A DNA stretch of 60,000 bases from Botryllus schlosseri (taxonomy: Eukaryota), in assembly GCA_051294905.1 (NCBI GenBank), contig CM119372.1:19842001-19902000 (forward strand), read 5' to 3'. Made by a program: the position numbers and the translations under genes. This document shows, one piece after another, positions 1-11,900 of this stretch. Each line of letters starts with the position of its first letter. Within the stretch, counting starts at the first letter, position 1. Under the pieces are notes generated by a model, which had not been told where the DNA came from, ran no database searches, and worked only from the letters and a program-made list of their open reading frames with translations.

Positions 1-795
1 AGGTGTGGAATTGGTCAAGGCTGCAACCGCGGGGGAAATTCAATATCATCAACTGTTGAAACTTACTATCAATCTGACGCTAAATTCTTCACTCGTGTGC
101 ACTAACGTTTCTCGATAGGTCATATCCTAAAGTTGGTATATGCAGTTATTTTGGTCGCAATGCTTCCCGTAACCTACGTATCCTCCTGGAGTAAGCTCGT
201 CGTTGCGGTACCATAGTGACATCTCAACATCGATGATGTCGACTCCAATTTCCATAACGGTAGAAACTTCCTTGTGGTACCAGAGCTTCCACGGTTACGC
301 AACACACTATTCAGCATTGCATTTGTTAGCTAAAATCGGTGAGGCGCAAGAGCTTGAAATGTATGTTGCAATGACGAATAGACGGATGTATAATAAATCA
401 CATACTGTCAAAGTTATATAGCAATCAATATCGATAGCAGTACATAGTTCGATTTGTGCACCTGATATAATCCATATATAGTAATGTATTAGATGTGTAG
501 TTAGTGTGGTGGGTGTTTGTAACTCAGAGAATACTTAGGTTTCTCAAAAGCCTTGCAGATTGGAGTAGGGATCCCCAGGTTATTAAAGGTTACGAGCCAC
601 TGCAGTAGGCATAAGTGCAACTCCCAAGTGGCCGAACATGTTGCTGTTGATGTACACTTCATTTTGTTCATCAGTAGGCCTAATCTATAGCACTGGTAAT
701 TTGTCAGATGTGCAATGTTGTAGAATTTTGTTTCTGTGACTCAAAAAATATCGGAGGTTCGCCGAAGGCTTGCAGATTAGCATAAGCATAACCAC

Positions 796-1411
796 TAGGG
801 CTGTACAAAAATAACTTTTTTTTCCCGATTCAAGCCGGTCACCTCTCAAATCGTCAGGTTGCAGTAGAAAACCTTGCTCACCAAATTTCACTCGATTCCA
901 ACCAGTAAAGGCCTCCGCAGATCCAATTAAAAATTTTAATTTATTATGGAAAATTAAAAAAAAAATTTCCAAATTTTTCTGCCAACCCCATGAAATTGTT
1001 GAGCTGTCTTCAAAGACGTTGCAAAACAAATTTGAGTCAATTCCGACCAGTAGAAGCGGGGTTATGTGAGTTTTTCGATGATATTTCTCGGATTATCCTT
1101 GATCGGTGGATAATCCGCGATTTATCAACGAAAAACTCACATAACTCCGCTTCTACTGGTCGGAATTGACTCAAATTTGTTTTGCAACGTCTTTGAAGAC
1201 AGCTCAACAATTTCATGGGGTTGGCAGAAAAATTTGGAAAATTTTTTTTTTAATTTTCCATAATAAATTAAAATTTTTAATTGGATCTGCGGAGGCCTTT
1301 ACTGGTTGGAATTGAGTGAAATTTGGTGAGCAAGGTTTTCTACTGCAACCTGACGATTTAAGAGGTGACCGGCTTGAATCGGGGAAAAAAAGTTATTTTT
1401 GAACAGCCTTA
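796..1411. mobile_element. Foldback MITE (hAT-type, TAGGGCTG ends), almost fully palindromic
   Basis: TAGGGCTGTACAAAAATAAC...GTTATTTTTGAACAGCCTTA; about 290-bp near-perfect inverted arms; TSD ATAACCAC/ATAACCAG. Confidence 0.9.
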
Positions 1412-1448
1412 ATAACCAGTGACCTAAATCAAATGTTTTTGCGCCTAG

Positions 1449-2053
1449 GTAAGTTTCAGATCACCGTGGAATACAATGGCAAGACTATGAACGTGCAGGA
1501 AATCGACATCAGAGACGACGCCGAATGCAGAATTCTTTACGACGAGACCATCGCGTATCAACAACCACCACCTAGTATCAACCACGTATACCTGCCGCCG
1601 GTGGATGCCCACAACGAACCGGGCCTGCACAAGATTCTAGAAAACATGAAAAGGGGAATACGCGTAACGTGCGACACCAGACGCATGCAGATCAACATCA
1701 GACGCGACTGCCTGGCTCACGCCTACTACTTCACCGTACAAGGCCCGTCGCCCGGCAGCTTACAGGCTATGAGGCGAAAACAAGAGTGCTCCGTGTTCTC
1801 GTTTGAGGTTCTAGCAAACTCGCTCTGCGAGGAACAGCTCGTGGAAGGCAGGCCTCTGCAAGCTTTAACCAGCAATATCGAGATAGTGGTCGGCGTGCAG
1901 CCGAAAGCGGATCAGTTCGGAAAGTCGGTGAAGGGCGTGAAGATAACCCTGCACTCTCTCGCAGTGGTGAAGATGCACAGCACGCCGCTGCAGTCGCACG
2001 AGGTGCTGATCAGCACACCCACGAACAGCGTGGAGCCGATGAGCTGCGAGTGA
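1449..2053 (+). CDS. IRF: Interferon regulatory factor, 3' terminal exon encoding the IRF association domain (IAD, SMAD/FHA-like); upstream exons with the DNA-binding domain not identified in the window
   Basis: Translation (G)KFQITVEYNGK..ECRILY..VYLPP..LHKILENMKRGIRV..INIRRDCLAHAYY..MRRKQECSVFSFE..IEIVVGVQP follows the IRF C-terminal pattern (LLxxLERGVLL, IYAKRLCxxRVYW, LEREQxxxVFDF). AG acceptor at 1447-1448 (alternative at 1458-1459); GC-rich coding-like composition; stop at 2051-2053. Subfamily not assignable. Confidence 0.8.
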
Positions 2054-3457
2054 TTGGTGCGACGCGCTGTGTCGCCGGCGTCGTTTGTGAGCTTGACACT
2101 TTTATTCGAATTCCCCGCGCTGCAACTTTTGTTTGCTTTGGTTACGATACCTATCGCTGCGCGCTGTCGTGTGCGGCCGGGTGTGTCGCGCTCGTCTCGA
2201 GAATTGTCGAGGAACTATTGCTCGAACTCACTGCGTGCAGATGTTAACCTTTGGCTATCTGCTCAGGAATGTCGTGGTTATGACATCGAACATTCAAATA
2301 TGTATCTCTCTTTTGGCCAGAAGAAAAATAATGCCAGCTTCACGACATGAAAAATAGTTTCCTGCTTCTTGGCTATGATGCTACTGATCGATCAATCCAT
2401 TAATACTTTACAGAAATGTCGTTTCCATGAATGTGTGTATGTGCTAATTCGAAAGTGGCACATTATTTCGTTATTCGAAAACAATGACTCTCCCTACACG
2501 GCTCGAATCGTTCTGCCCAACCCTAGTCGTGAAATGGGCGTTCTCTGCCGTGGGAGTCTGCCGTTCTGAAACCTTGGGACGCATCGACGAAAATGTCCAC
2601 GGACATGACCATAAGCTCGCAATTTAAGCCGAGATTTTGCTTCAGCCCAGAATATTGATTCAGCTATTAGCTTTGGTGGTTTCCTACTCGCTTTATAATT
2701 CCAATAGTGTTTGCCAATCAAGGTGAGAACAATCCTTATAATATATTTCTCCTGCGGGCGTAGCCCAGGGGCTCAAACTGCGTTCTTGCTCAATCGGTAT
2801 TTGTGATTTTGTACATTGTGATGCCACATAACCACGCTCGGATGTTGCAAATTTTTATCGTCTTAAATGTTTTTTCATGCTATGACACGACACCATCGTT
2901 TTCTTAAGCCGATCCAGTCACTATGCGGTACGCACAGGTATTTTCGTCAGATGATCTTCGATGTCCAGCTCTGTTTTGCAAATGTTACTTTTACATCTTC
3001 TGACTCTGAAATATTTCCGACGCATATAACTTTATCAGGACGTGTTCAGGTATTATTATTCTGTATTCAAGCGTTTGATCGGACAATCCTCTTGCAGTGC
3101 ACGACTACCTCAGACTCTGAACAAACTCAGGCGCCAGTTTTGTGACTGTAGAGAGCGTTATGTTTAGCCCTTGGTACGGGCGGATCATATTTATTTTGTT
3201 CGTAGCACGACCGACTTTCATACTCCGCCTTATGCATTTTATATCTGTCGAACTCAACTATGTAGAAGTCGGATATTCGCCTTTGAACTTTGCATTCTGC
3301 ATAATTTTCGGTTTGAGCTCGTTAAAAATAATATGAATGCCGCCATCGTTTTATGCGTGGGTCACGTGAATATTTGACTGCGTAAAATGATGTTTCCTGT
3401 CGTTGACTGTCCTTCAGGGTAGAACTATACGCAACTCTCGTGCACATATTTGTAAAC

Positions 3458-4102
3458 TAGGGCTGTCTAAAAAAAAGACTTTTTCTTCAGATTTCACTGG
3501 CTACTTGATAGAATTGTTAGGTTGGCTAAAAAAACGCTGCACGCCAACTTTTGCTCCATTCCAGCCAGTAGAAGCGAGATTCGTTGGGTAGAAAGTTTTG
3601 AATTTATCTTTAAAAACAAAAAAATAAAATTTCAAAGTTTTTCTGCCGACCCCATAAAATTGTTGGGCTGTCAGTAGAGATGATGCACACCAAATGTGGC
3701 TCAATTCCAACCACTAGAAGCGAAGTTATTGCAGTAGAAAAATTTTGATTTGAATAAAATAGTATTTACGGTGACTAACTCTTTGATTATTTATGATAAA
3801 ATCATGGAATCAGAAATTTTTCTACTGCAATAACTTCGCTTCTAGTCGTTGGAATTGAGCCATATTCGGTGTGCATCATCTCTACTGACAGCCCAACAAT
3901 TTTATGGGGTCGGCAGAAAAATTTTGAAATTTTATTTTTTTGTTTTTTTAATGATAAATCCAAAATATTCTACTGCAAGAATCTCGCTTCTACTGGTTGG
4001 AATAGAGCGAAAGTTGGTGTGCAGCGTTTTTTTAAACCAACCTATCAATTTTATCAAGTAGCCAGTGAAATCTGAAGGAAAAGTTTTTTTTGAACAGCCC
4101 TA
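3458..4102. mobile_element. Foldback MITE related to 796-1411
   Basis: TAGGGCTGT...ACAGCCCTA ends, about 290-bp inverted arms, exact 8-bp TSD TTGTAAAC (3450-3457 and 4103-4110). Confidence 0.92.
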
Positions 4103-5918
4103 TTGTAAACACATCCTTCAGATCAATTTCCCCATGTCCTTTCTCAATGATTTCCCCATTTCACTTCGCGTGTAATCAGAGCTGCATGTTTATCTTATTA
4201 CCTTAAGGAAGTTCACTCAATTTTCTGCTACTCTACAGGATTACATGAACTGTTGCGTTGCCTTTAACCTCAGCGGCATCATATTCAGTCATAACATGCC
4301 CGTCACGAATTCACACAAATTGAAGTGTCGAGATTCGTGTGGTTGCCATACGCTCAGCGGTGGTAGAATATATTGTGACGGTGATTCATATTAGATGTTA
4401 GTGAAAAAGTATTTTATTTGGATGAATTTCGTCGTGTTCAATTCTTTTCCGCCGTCGAAGTTTGAAAAGGGTTGTATATGATTGTTTTGCGTCAGGTGAT
4501 TAGCCTATATACCGGAAATGGTTAAGGTCTTCTGAAGGAGATTCTCAGCCTACCTCGAGTTGCTGAAATTTGAAGATAGTGAATCGGGCGTAGCCCTCCT
4601 TGAGGATTCATGCTAGCAAATGTATTTAAAACACATAAATTTGTACTTTTCATAAATTTGAGGCGTGTTCGCTAACCTCTGTACTACAACAATGATCCAG
4701 GTCGGTGCCTGGAGATGTCGGCGATTTTAACTCTATCATCAAGGCAGGAGACCTACTGTGCTCGTGTACCTGATGACATATTGCTCAACAGCTCTATCGC
4801 GACCAAGCTCATCCCATTAATTTCTCGCGATGCTCATCAGCCCAGAATAATTCGGTCTCACCGGGGGGGGGGGGGGGGGGCGGGAGAGGATTGAAAAGAA
4901 TAGGCTTCCGCTCGTCTCAGGCTACAGGCATTTAGATGTCGACGGTTGTACGAAGTTTTAAGATGTGTGTAATTGGTATGCATCAAATATTCGAAAATCT
5001 TTTTTAGGTACATTGCATCTACAATAATACAAAGGACAATCATTTTGGACCGGCTTTCCGTCTAAAACGAAACCAGTTTCGCGAGCCTACTATCCGTCAA
5101 TCATAGCAATAAGGAATATAAAAAAAATCACAGAAATCAATATTTACGGTCAACTAGTAGATAATGGATGTTATGTGCAGGTAAGATAATTAATAAAACC
5201 ATGACATTCTCTCGACTAAATTATATCTTATAAGATAGGAAAAATGGAGACTAATGTGTTGTGAATATCTCTATCTAAAATTGAAAATACCTTATGGGTG
5301 CTGATCTAAATTGGTGGTAACCTAACAACTTTAGCATCGGCAGAATATCGCAAGTTCACGACTGTTGTGTTAATAGTTTTAAATCTAGAATAAAAATACA
5401 CGGGTGCACATCAATATGTCCCCGACTAGAATGTCAAATGAACAAACGGCAGAGTACAGGAAAAGCGAATGGTCACGTGATCAGCTAATGAAATAATGGA
5501 GTAGCGCTAGCGAGTTGAAGCAGGACGTGAAACGAGCACAAGCTAGTACGAAATAACTGAAAAAACATTTCAATACTCGCGAATACGCTACAAATGCTAC
5601 GAACTGGTACCATGAACGAATATAAACTACTTATTACCTGAAGATGGATCACAGAGAAGATTACCTACATAAGAATAAGTACGTAGAGTTAGTAAGCACA
5701 ATCTTCTTGCGAGGCGCGCGCCATCAGGAAAGAACGTAAGATACAAAAGAATCGTTAAGTGCATTTTCAACGAAAGTTCTCACAGCGCAGAATTTCCGCT
5801 GGTACGATGTACTCCGAGGATGTCAACGTCGCGAGTTACGTGCATATATAATCCAAATTGTGGTATATCTACAGGATTCTCATATTGTATCTCGCGTACA
5901 GAAAAAGAGATTTCCTAT

Positions 5919-8900
5919 CTAAGCTACTGCTTGCACCAATCTTGTGGATTGCGGGGTCATTCCTCGCCCGGAGCTCGGCCGCCTTTGGGTTGCCGCTCCC
6001 GACTGGTTCCATCTGTGGTATTGTTCTTTGAGCCAGTCTGGTGTCGGATACCGTTCCACCATTTCCATTGATTGAGGAATGTATTCGGTGCGGTATATGG
6101 TGTTTCCTTGCAGAGGCGCGTCGCTCATGAAAGCTCTGTTGTCAGGCTTGCACGACCGGGCGGGTTGCGCGGAGTGTCGGACGTAGTGCAGGCGCGTGGT
6201 GGATTGGCCTTCGAACTTTCCTAAATAAGTGTAACGAAGTTATAAGCATTCAATGAAAGGTTTGAAAATTACCACAGTAAGCATTGTAAAAGTAGATCTG
6301 GCCGGGGTGACGCTCACCTTTAGTAGTAAATCGGAGGGGGTCATTTTGAAGTGTTAAGATGTAATTACTTTTACAAAATACGCTCAAGCGTTTACCCGGC
6401 GGAAAAGCACCAACTCTTGAGGCAATACAGACTTGTACAAATTTAAAAATATTTTAGTAACCGAGACTTGGTGAACTATTTGCCAGAAAACTCGACGCCA
6501 CCTAGTCTCAGTATTCACCAGAATATGTTTGTATGTTCCAAATACCAATTATATCGACAATTGGACACGGTGCCGACGCGGCCCAAGGTAAGAACGAGAC
6601 CCACATCCGTGACATAAGCTAAATATCGCCACCCTATTGATTGGGAGACTATTGCATCGTTGGTTTTCAAGTTCGCCAACGGAGTACTCGGGAAGGTTTT
6701 GCCTCAACTTTCACTTTGCTTCCACAAAACTACCAATCTTTGACACTTGGTATGATACTTGGTGAAGTAGAGAACATTTTTACGATTTGTTCGCATCGCT
6801 CTTATGGGGGATTAGTCGTGACAACCGGCCGAAACAACGCGTATTTGCAGTTAGTCGCGAAGATGCGCCTCGCAATTTCGAAACCAGATGCTAATAGTAC
6901 GCCGCAAAAAACGTCATGAAGGACAAAAATGCATATAACGTCCTCTCATTTCCTTTCCCTGTCCATATCGATTCAGTAGTCTACAAATTGCGGAAAAAAA
7001 TTGCGTCAAAATTTTAATGAAGGATTTAGGCCAGGGGTTCTCAAAGGGTGGGCCATGGCCCACTGGTGGGCCACAGAGCATTCTGAGGTGGGCCACAGAG
7101 CTATTTAGAAAATTTCAGAATTAATGTAAGTTTAGTTATATTTCTTATGTTATTCGCTAAAAATATATTCGTATTATCTAATTATACGTAGGCTACATAA
7201 AGCTTTTCATCCGACTCTGATTAGACGTAGTGGCACGTATGAAGTCAGCATTTGCAAATCGAAAACGTTACGGAGAAACGGTGGCTTTTCTACTGGCTAC
7301 GGAGAAACGGTGGCTTTTTTCTACTGGCTATGACAACCTACGGCTAACAACAAATAAAATAATTTCAAGCGTATAATAACTGGAAGATAATGCTGAAGTA
7401 ACCAAGTATTCCGGCAGGGTCATATGTCGTAGGCCGTTGAAAGGGGTATGCAATGAACTCGCAATGAAGTGCAATTGATGTACAGATTTTCTGTACTTCG
7501 GCAGGCCGTATTATTGCAAGCTAAATAGCCATAATTGCAAATTATTAGCAACTTCTGGGGGAGGTATACTGCACCACCGCAGCGAATCTTAATGGATTGA
7601 GGATTTATCGGAGCGCATTCATCTTTGAAGTCAGTTTAAAATGTCCGGCCTGGAAATCATTGTACGTAATGAAAGAGTCACAGGAATTGATTGTATCATT
7701 GGATTGAATATTCTGACATCGCAACTTCAGTTGTTTTGGTACAAGACATACAAAGTACATCATGCATATTGAAAAATCCTTCTCCACTTCTCTGTAGTAC
7801 CCCATTCACCAACGAATTGTTCGATGCTGGCCCAGAATGATTATAATATTCCCCACAATAGTATCACTAAAGCCCCAATCACATAGTGCGGGGATCTGAT
7901 CATTGTGCTTCGCGACGCGAATGGAGCAGCGTACGAAAATAATCTATACTTAAGAGTTTTTAGCTTATGATCTACCAGGGCCGTAACTGCCGCACCCAAA
8001 CCCCCAATTGGGGGAGCTCGAAGGGGCCCAAGTTTATTTCGTTGGTCGTTTGTTAGAGGATGTTTATTCAACGTGAAAAAATTTTTCGCGCTTCGCGCGA
8101 TTTCATAGCCCTGGAGATCGAGATTTAAATATCATCATCATCAGTTAGAGAAAAATGCGCATATTTTAGAGAAATAGGCATATCGGCGCTGTCCATGACC
8201 AAGCAAAACAGGATTAGGTCACTAGTATATCAGGTGGGCCACAGCACATTTTTAAACCGGAAAATGGGCCATGGCCAAGAAAGGGCTGAGAACTAGGGAT
8301 GGTGTGAACTTGAGGTTCACGTTCGCGTTCTGTGTGTGAACCTCGGAAATTTAGAGGTTCGCGTTCACAACAGAACCTTGGTAGGTTCTGCACTGTGAAC
8401 CTTTTTCATATATTACAATTATAACATTATAACATCTTTGGTTCAAATTTATTGCATTTCAACTGCGGGCCACTCTATGCATGGCGCTGGCAGCATTAAA
8501 AATCAACACTAAACGAGCATGCACCTTGACAATCTCAAAAGTTTTACTTGCTTTGTTACAAAAGTTTGCTCGAAATATCCAGCTTTCCGTTTGTGAATAT
8601 TTAGTGACTCTCGGCTGTGAGCTTGACCCGCAATCACAAAACATCACGAGCGAAATACGTAGTCAGCAAATGATGCTTATTCAACCAATCAATAAGATTG
8701 ATATCGTTTTCTGATGTAAAAATTCGAGAATGCGTACGGGGTCAATCATGACTCAATATCTTTACTACATCATTAAAACCAAATCCTTGCGATTGAGGGG
8801 TTGACTACTGCTGTATAACTTCTTAATGGGGTGATATCGATAGCAAGTATAGAAGCCCATTATACACTCTGCTCAATATCAATGCAGCAATACCCAGACG

Positions 8901-11900
8901 CCGAATACATTGTCTGGTCTGGCCTAGACCGTTAAGGGGTAAGTGTATATTCCCTGATAAGTCCTTGTCGAAATTGTTGACAAAGCGATGGAAGATATTG
9001 ATTTTATGGGAATATTATATACTTTGATTGCCTCAGTTGATACATTTAGCGACGTTTAAAACGCATCATCATTGTTGCATTATGTGACCCGAGTCGTCGC
9101 TAGGTATCCTGTACAACTGTACATTAATATAGGCTATCACTTCATTGAAAGACAGGGTTGGAATTAGCAATATGATGTCACGTGACGTCATGAGGTTCAC
9201 GTTCGCGTTCACACAGAACCTTTCAAAAAGGTTCACGTTCACACGAACCTGAACCTTTCAGAGGTTCACACCATCCCTAAATGAGAACCCCTGATTTAGG
9301 CTAATGCAAGGTTGCTGAATCCGATTCCGTGCTCGGAATTTCTCTCTCACGTCAGACTTTTTCCGAATGAATTTTTCTCATTTTCATAAATTAATCAAAT
9401 TTCGGCTTCCGTTAGTGACATCACGGTAAGCATACACCAGCAAAATATCAAACATTGTTATTCAAATCACTCATTCGAATGGGTGAGTTTTAGGTAAGAT
9501 TAAACCCAGTGATTCTCTATCTTTGTTCAATAAGAAGCTCTTTTCGACCCATAAAATTACACTGGTCTACAAATTTAAAAACAAACGGCCCAAAAATTTT
9601 AGTGATCGATTTAGGCTAATATTACGCTGCTGAATCCGATTCTGTGCTCGGAATTTCTCTCTCACGTCAGACTTTTTCGGTATGTATTTTTCTCATTTTC
9701 ATAAATTAATCAAATTTCTGCTTTCGTTAGTGACATTACGGATCAAACATCAAATATTGATATTGAAATCATCTATAATAATGAAACCTGGGTGGTTGTA
9801 GAACAGCATACCTGAGTTTTCGGTGAACTTGAATCCAGGGGTTCTCTATCTTCTTTCGGTCAGGACCTCTTTTTGACCCATAAATTTATATGTGGATGCA
9901 ACTATTTTTAGTCGGTAGCAGTTATCATCTTTATATACCACTCTTCGTTTAGAGATTATGATTAGTAGCTCCGTACCTAATTTAGTTCCCTATGTTATCT
10001 ATGTTTATACATCTGTCCTGCAGACGTTATCGGTCAATGCATTTAATGACAGCATTCTGCTGTTTCGTAAAACGTAAAAGTTTGCAAACAAATAAACATT
10101 GTATTGGTGGTATATTATGTAGAAAAGAATTGTTCACTCCGGTATAGGACCCAAATATGGGGCTTGTTTTGAAACAGTAAAAGAAACAGGATGTCTACTT
10201 TTCAAAAGAAAAAGGTGCTTATCATGATAACTTGAAAGAATTTATCATCAATAATTTCCACCTTTACTTATCATGCTATCTTCTTCCCCAGTTTCCATAT
10301 ACTGATACATTTTATCCGAATCGAGGAAAGCAGTTTCTGAACTATTTTTCTTTTGGTTTATTGCAGAGATGAGCATGGATTAGGATTGGGATGAGGAAAA
10401 AACGGATTTGTGCAATTTTGTCGGGTTTGGATCGCATTAGGATTTCAGATTTTTTTGTAATGGATTAGGATTGGATTTACCGATTTTCGGGGAGATTGAT
10501 GTTCTGTGACGAATGGCGACGAGGTTTTTCGTCCTACCAAAGTTACTTCATGTACTTTGGCACTCATTATGCGTTTTATTTCTTTTTACATAATTTTAGG
10601 CATACGATGAAGGCTTTTTACGAGGCATTCCAAGTTTATATCGGATTAGGATCAGGCATGGCCTACTAAATACAGTAAGTACTGCAAGTAGCTAAAATCT
10701 ACTCGAGTACCTCGAAAAAGTAGAAATTTTCAACATTATAATATTTCAAAAACGTGATGTGACAGAGCAAAAATAACGTCGGATTCGTATTCAGCGCCCC
10801 CAAATTAGGCATACTTGACCCAAAGAAGTCCTGGCGCAAAAATCGCGTAGACCAGTGATTATTTGAAATATTCAGGTTTTCCTAGTAAGACGAATTGAAT
10901 AAACGACCCATCTATCTTTTTCGAGAACTGAAGTAGGTTTTGTCTATGCTTGTGCTACTTACACAAGTGGTTATATCTTTCGACTACTTCCGCCTCTACT
11001 TCACGTTATCCAAGGCAAATCTAATTACTTTCTACACTTTGTATTTTGTAAAGTAGAGAGTTGTGTTTCCTGAAACTAATAACGTGGATACGGACATTTG
11101 TGGCGTTGCTGATGCGTTTACTGAGTACCAACGCTGAATACCTTGACCCCCTCTGCGTATCTCATACCTGACGGGTGCAGCGATTGATCACGCGGCTTCG
11201 GCTGCTCCCGGGCCGTGTTCCACTTCTTGAAATCCGTCCTGTAATTCGTGGTGCCCGAGAACGGCTTCGACTGCGCCATTCTGACTTGCGGCTTTTTCGA
11301 CTCGGCCGGACGGCAGCGCACATGCCGGAACTCCAGCTGACTGGTCGTCTGAAGGTCTATATCTCCTGTCGGCTTCCGGTACTTGTCCATCTCGTGGCGG
11401 TACGGACGCTCCACGGGCCACGCCACGAAGCTGTCGCGGAACTCAGAAGAAGACGCGATAGGCTCATTGGACATATACTGCGTCTGCGGTGGTTTTGCGC
11501 TTTCCGCGGGCAGCGCCCTGGTGCCTTGGTACGCGTCTCGGAATGTGGTTTTCGTGTCCATGGATACCGAGGGAGCCGCGTATCGCTTGGGCTCGCGTGG
11601 AGGCCTCGGCTCGAGATTGTGTGGAACGAAATTGAGCTTGTGGATGGTCTCGCTTTGTAAAGGCACCGCGGATTGAAACGCCACATTTGGGGGTTTCGCC
11701 GATTCCCTGGGCGGTTGTATGTAGCCCACGTAGTCCTGTCGAAAGAAATGGGGAGTTAGGCGTTGACCACGGCGCGCGCCGATCGGTGTTACGTTACCCT
11801 TCTGAAAGTGGAAATGTTTTCCATTTTTTGCTCCGGCAGTTTGTACTCTCTGTTGTCCTTATAGCTTTCTCTCGGCGGCAGAGCCCATTTTTTGTAATCG

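Noticed and set aside
203..421. ORF upstream of the IRF exon as a possible preceding IRF exon (donors near 339 and 361)
   Set aside because: No recognisable IRF motif and no unambiguous acceptor or phase; left unassigned.
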